Source: Candidatus Terraquivivens tengchongensis (GTDB lineage Archaea; Thermoproteota; Nitrososphaeria_A; Caldarchaeales; Wolframiiraptoraceae). From it: a stretch of 64,000 nucleotides of DNA. The notes under the pieces are model-generated. The model was given only the letters and a program-made list of their open reading frames with translations, was not told where the DNA came from and did no database searches. The stretch spans positions 39,237 through 103,236 of the forward strand of contig JALNJZ010000005.1 in NCBI GenBank assembly GCA_023261845.1, in the 5' to 3' direction. The position numbers were made by a program, and so were the translations under genes. Positions 60,565 to 64,000 of the stretch are shown here, in pieces. Numbering within the stretch: position 1 is the stretch's first letter; the number at the start of each line of letters is the position of its first letter.

Positions 60565-60942
60565 TCATATCTGACCTTGAAGTATTCGTCTGTAAAAAGA
60601 CCTTCTAATCCTGTCCACACCCCTGAGGAGGTCTATCCGGCTTCTGTACCTAGCCTTCACGACGTCAAGCTTCCTTTTACTTCCTTCCTCCTTTAGTAGC
60701 ACGTATCTGACTGTTCCGCCTGCTTTTCTGTTCCTGAGATCTTTTTCAACCTCTACCAGCATATGATATGTGATTCTGCCACCGTTCGCCATGACGACGC
60801 TTATGGCGAAACCACACCTACCGAACTTTTCATAAAGAGCAAGCTCTTCAGCGTAGTGACGGTAGGTTATCAGACCTATAACGCGTTTGTCCTCGATCTT
60901 TGTGAGTATGTCTTCAACAATGCTCTTTAGACTAGCTCTCAT
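60565..60942 (-). CDS. Hypothetical basic protein
   Basis: 125-aa ATG ORF filling the gap between MEMO1 and mvk, AT-rich upstream region, no recognised motif. Confidence 0.6.
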   Translation of the reverse strand: MRASLKSIVEDILTKIEDKRVIGLITYRHYAEELALYEKFGRCGFAISVVMANGGRITYHMLVEVEKDLRNRKAGGTVRYVLLKEEGSKRKLDVVKARYRSRIDLLRGVDRIRRSFYRRILQGQI

Positions 60943-61014
60943 GGGCTTTATAGAGTAGATGCTTACTTATATCGATAACCATGCAAACCTTTTATCTGTC
61001 AACGCATTCGGAGA

Positions 61015-61869
61015 TTACCGACTTTCTTCTAACTCTATGAGTATAGAGGCATAACCCACGACTGCCGACCTGTCACCAGTAACATCTCCACTCGTTGCAT
61101 ACTTTAATAACCTGACATTCTTTGTACCTAAGATCTTTGATGCCATCATTATGGCGGCGATCGGCCCATAACCACATGCGGTAACATTGTGTTTGAGTAT
61201 CACGTCATAAAACCCTCCGATATCCAAGGCGCTTATGCGTTCTATTGCCATCATATCTTTTTTCTTAGCAATATGATCTGGTTCGTAATGCGTGAAGTCT
61301 GATGAAGCGATGAGTAGCACGTCTTGTCCGTTAACCGATTCTGCCAAAACTCTGCCGACCTCTTCTGCTACATCCTTATCTTGGTTTAGCATCACGATAG
61401 GTAAAAGTTTGAATGTTCCTAACACATACTGAAGAAATGGAAGTTGAACCTCGAGCGAGTGTTCTTCATCGTGTGAGTATTCATCGAGGCTTATTAAATC
61501 CGAGTTCTTCGAGATACGCTTAGCCAAGTCTGAGTCTATCGGCACACTACCAAGCGGAGTATACCATTCACCCTCTGGATATACAGAAACTTCTGAACCT
61601 ATACCAGCATGGTTAGGCCCTACTATGACCACAACCTTTGGTTTCCTTCGCCCCTCTAGGGAGGCGTACGAATGGGCAGCTACAGGTCCAGAATACATAT
61701 AACCCGCATGGGGGCACACGAGTGCAGGTATTCTTTCATCGCCCCATACAGCCTTCGGCAGTCTTCCCGGTCCTATTGGGTGTAGAAACGATTCTTTTAT
61801 TTGTTCTATCAAGAGTTTTTGGGTACCAGCATAAAAACTGCCGGCAACAACCGGCCTACGTATACCCAT
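61015..61869 (-). CDS. MEMO1-family protein
   Basis: RRPVVAGSFY, PHAGYMYSG, GPNH, EHSLEVQLPFLQ, SSDFTHY, CGYG, VGY. Confidence 0.93.
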   Translation of the reverse strand: MGIRRPVVAGSFYAGTQKLLIEQIKESFLHPIGPGRLPKAVWGDERIPALVCPHAGYMYSGPVAAHSYASLEGRRKPKVVVIVGPNHAGIGSEVSVYPEGEWYTPLGSVPIDSDLAKRISKNSDLISLDEYSHDEEHSLEVQLPFLQYVLGTFKLLPIVMLNQDKDVAEEVGRVLAESVNGQDVLLIASSDFTHYEPDHIAKKKDMMAIERISALDIGGFYDVILKHNVTACGYGPIAAIMMASKILGTKNVRLLKYATSGDVTGDRSAVVGYASILIELEESR

Positions 61870-61922
61870 TCCTAATCTCTGTATATTTACCGATTGCCTG
61901 TTATTAAAATTTCACGTGAAGC

Positions 61923-62537
61923 CTAAGCGACTGATGTCGGCATGAAGCTTTCAGGCAATATCTCCGCTTCCTTTTCTGGTGTTAGCAGACCCCTCTCCAT
62001 TAGCACGCGCTTCGCTAAGTACCAAAATGCGTAAGGCAAGGATGATTTCCCTCTGTTGTTTATTGGAACGGCTAGATCTATATTGCTGAGCATATTATCC
62101 GTGCTACAGAATGCTATTACTGGTATCCTCGCTATCGCCGCCTCCTCTATGGCCTGGGCATCGTAACGGGGATCGGAAACCAATACAAGTTGGGGTTCCA
62201 TGTAGTATTTTAAGACCCTATTTGTGAACATTCCCGAACGAATCTTTTGGACGATCGGTATGCAACCGGTAAGCTCGCAAAATCTCTGGACTGCTCTGAC
62301 GCCGTAAACGTGCGTCGATACCACGGCGACCTTTTCTGGTGGGAATAATGAGATGAATTTTGCAGCAATGTTAAGTCTCTCGATTGTCTTTTTCACATCT
62401 ATTAGGTAGACACCGTCTTGCCTCAGCTTGAATATGAACTTCTCGGCGTGTCTCACTTTAACCTTTGAGCCGACATGTACGGCATTTTTCACAAACAGCT
62501 CTATGATTTCTGCTTCTGCTGATTGTGTTGATTCCAT
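61923..62537 (-). CDS. rps2: 30S ribosomal protein S2
   Basis: VHVG, R.DGVY, G.FTN, EP, DP..D.QA, NNRG. Confidence 0.94.
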   Translation of the reverse strand: MESTQSAEAEIIELFVKNAVHVGSKVKVRHAEKFIFKLRQDGVYLIDVKKTIERLNIAAKFISLFPPEKVAVVSTHVYGVRAVQRFCELTGCIPIVQKIRSGMFTNRVLKYYMEPQLVLVSDPRYDAQAIEEAAIARIPVIAFCSTDNMLSNIDLAVPINNRGKSSLPYAFWYLAKRVLMERGLLTPEKEAEILPESFMPTSVA

Positions 62538-63794
62538 TTATCCACCTCCCAACGTCGCCATTCTTAATTTGCTACCTAAGTTTTCTCCAATCCTTAACAA
62601 CTCGTTCGCCTTTGCAACCCTTTCACCACCAACTACGCCCGACTTAATTAATTTACACTCAAACCCGACCGCTATATGGGCAAGATGTCCTTCGGGCGTC
62701 TCTCCTGATCTATGCGACGCCACGGGCGTCATACAAAGTTCATGTGCGACTTTGCACGCATTCCTTGTGTCGGTAAGCGTACCAACCTGATTGGGCTTAA
62801 TGATTACCGCATTAGCAGCCCCAATTTCGCCAGCTTTTTTGATAAGCGTCGCGTTAGTCACTACAAGGTCATCGGCGCAGACTAAAACGCTTGGTACACT
62901 TTTAAGCACCTCCTTAAAGCCCTCAAAATCACACTCTTCAACGGGGTCTTCGACATAAACCAAGTTAAACTCTCGCACTAGGGATATTATGTAGCCTATG
63001 TGTTCATCCCTCGTCATGTGCTTGCCCTCATTCTCATAAACGTAACATTTTCTCTTCTCGTCCCATAAGCTTGATGCGGCTACGTCTATTCCGACCCCGA
63101 GCTTTATGCCCATCATCTCTGAGACCCTTTCAGCAGCTTCAATAACACTCTCCAAAGCGTCATAGATGTGCATGTTCGGTGCATACGCTCCTTCATCACC
63201 CCTTCCGAGTGGAAAGTTCGGCAACTTCTTCTGAAGGATTTTCCCTAGTTCTTTATGGACCAAAGCGTTCGCCATTATTGCATCAAAAGGTGTCTTGGGG
63301 TTGAGTGGAACTGTTAACATTTCCTGTATGTCAGGTGCGCCCTTGCCTGCATGCTTACCTCCACCCAGTACGTTACCCAGCGGCAACGGAATAATTGAGG
63401 CGTTAGGGTTCAAAAACTCGTGAAGCGGTTTTCCCAAAGACGCTGAAGCCGCCAGGGCTGTCGCAAGCGATACGGCATAGGCGAGGTTCCCCCCAATTTT
63501 TTCGAACCTCTCTGTACCATCAACCTCTTTAAGCATCAAATCTATCGATTCCTGTTCAGATGCATCAAGGCCCATCAAACGTTGCTTTATAGTTCTCTTA
63601 AAGATTTCAAGAGACTCTTTGGCACCACCCGAAGGATAAGGAACGGCTTCTTTTATACCCCTACTTTTGCCAGCAGGAGCCGCGGCCCTTCCTAGGGCTT
63701 TGGTAGTCCTAACCTCAACTTCTATCGTCTCGTCGCCCCTACTATCGAGCACTATCCTTGCACAAGCATCTATAATTTTTGATGGGCTGCTCAC
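62538..63794 (-). CDS. eno: Enolase
   Basis: [37 protein letters not shown]. Confidence 0.95.
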   Translation of the reverse strand: MSSPSKIIDACARIVLDSRGDETIEVEVRTTKALGRAAAPAGKSRGIKEAVPYPSGGAKESLEIFKRTIKQRLMGLDASEQESIDLMLKEVDGTERFEKIGGNLAYAVSLATALAASASLGKPLHEFLNPNASIIPLPLGNVLGGGKHAGKGAPDIQEMLTVPLNPKTPFDAIMANALVHKELGKILQKKLPNFPLGRGDEGAYAPNMHIYDALESVIEAAERVSEMMGIKLGVGIDVAASSLWDEKRKCYVYENEGKHMTRDEHIGYIISLVREFNLVYVEDPVEECDFEGFKEVLKSVPSVLVCADDLVVTNATLIKKAGEIGAANAVIIKPNQVGTLTDTRNACKVAHELCMTPVASHRSGETPEGHLAHIAVGFECKLIKSGVVGGERVAKANELLRIGENLGSKLRMATLGGG

Positions 63795-64000
63795 GCCTTT
63801 ATGTCTCCTCTCTTACCAAACTTTGACCTAAACTCCACAACCTCATCAAAGTAATCTTCTGCAGATACGAACATCCTCCTGCAACAGTATCGCTTTATAC
63901 CTAGCTCATCAAGAACCTTAGCAGGACTCTCGCCTGCATCTACCCTGGACTTGTATTCCTCCCATTTATCCGCTATAAGGGCGCCACATGTGAAACATCT
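63791..64000 (-). CDS. rpo10: RNA polymerase subunit Rpo10 (N), 5' end outside window
   Basis: Manual translation [16 protein letters not shown]...[15 protein letters not shown]...; its TGA overlaps the enolase GTG. Confidence 0.95.
   Translation of the reverse strand, partial: RCFTCGALIADKWEEYKSRVDAGESPAKVLDELGIKRYCCRRMFVSAEDYFDEVVEFRSKFGKRGDIKA

Noticed and set aside
250-62790. Many 60-214 aa antisense or alternate-frame ORFs in the track (e.g. 11725-12318, 55833-56477)
   Set aside because: They shadow well-supported genes and carry no motifs.

Overview
Gene-dense, intact core-genome segment of a probably thermophilic TACK archaeon. SMC-ScpAB, PolD, Elf1, S30e, L14e, L34e, TFE-beta and a cbf5 intron together best fit Aigarchaeota/Caldarchaeales; this is inferred from gene content. 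The window holds translation, transcription, RNA-modification and replication genes, a clustered mevalonate pathway, an ABC/S-layer-like export module and tRNA-Ser(UGA). I found no CRISPR array, transposase or integrase. Signals the ORF track misses: (1) a 20-nt bulge-helix-bulge mRNA intron splitting the catalytic Asp codon of cbf5; (2) three genes whose conserved N-termini point to near-cognate starts (ACG for an ABC permease, CTG for scpA and priS), all at gene overlaps; (3) two copies of an unexplained 48-bp inverted-repeat element; (4) a K-turn covering the L7Ae start codon; (5) an unannotated 37-aa membrane micro-protein coupled to priS; (6) a YqgF-like nuclease paired with a Clp1/Grc3 kinase. 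All calls come from reading motifs by eye; no database searches were run.
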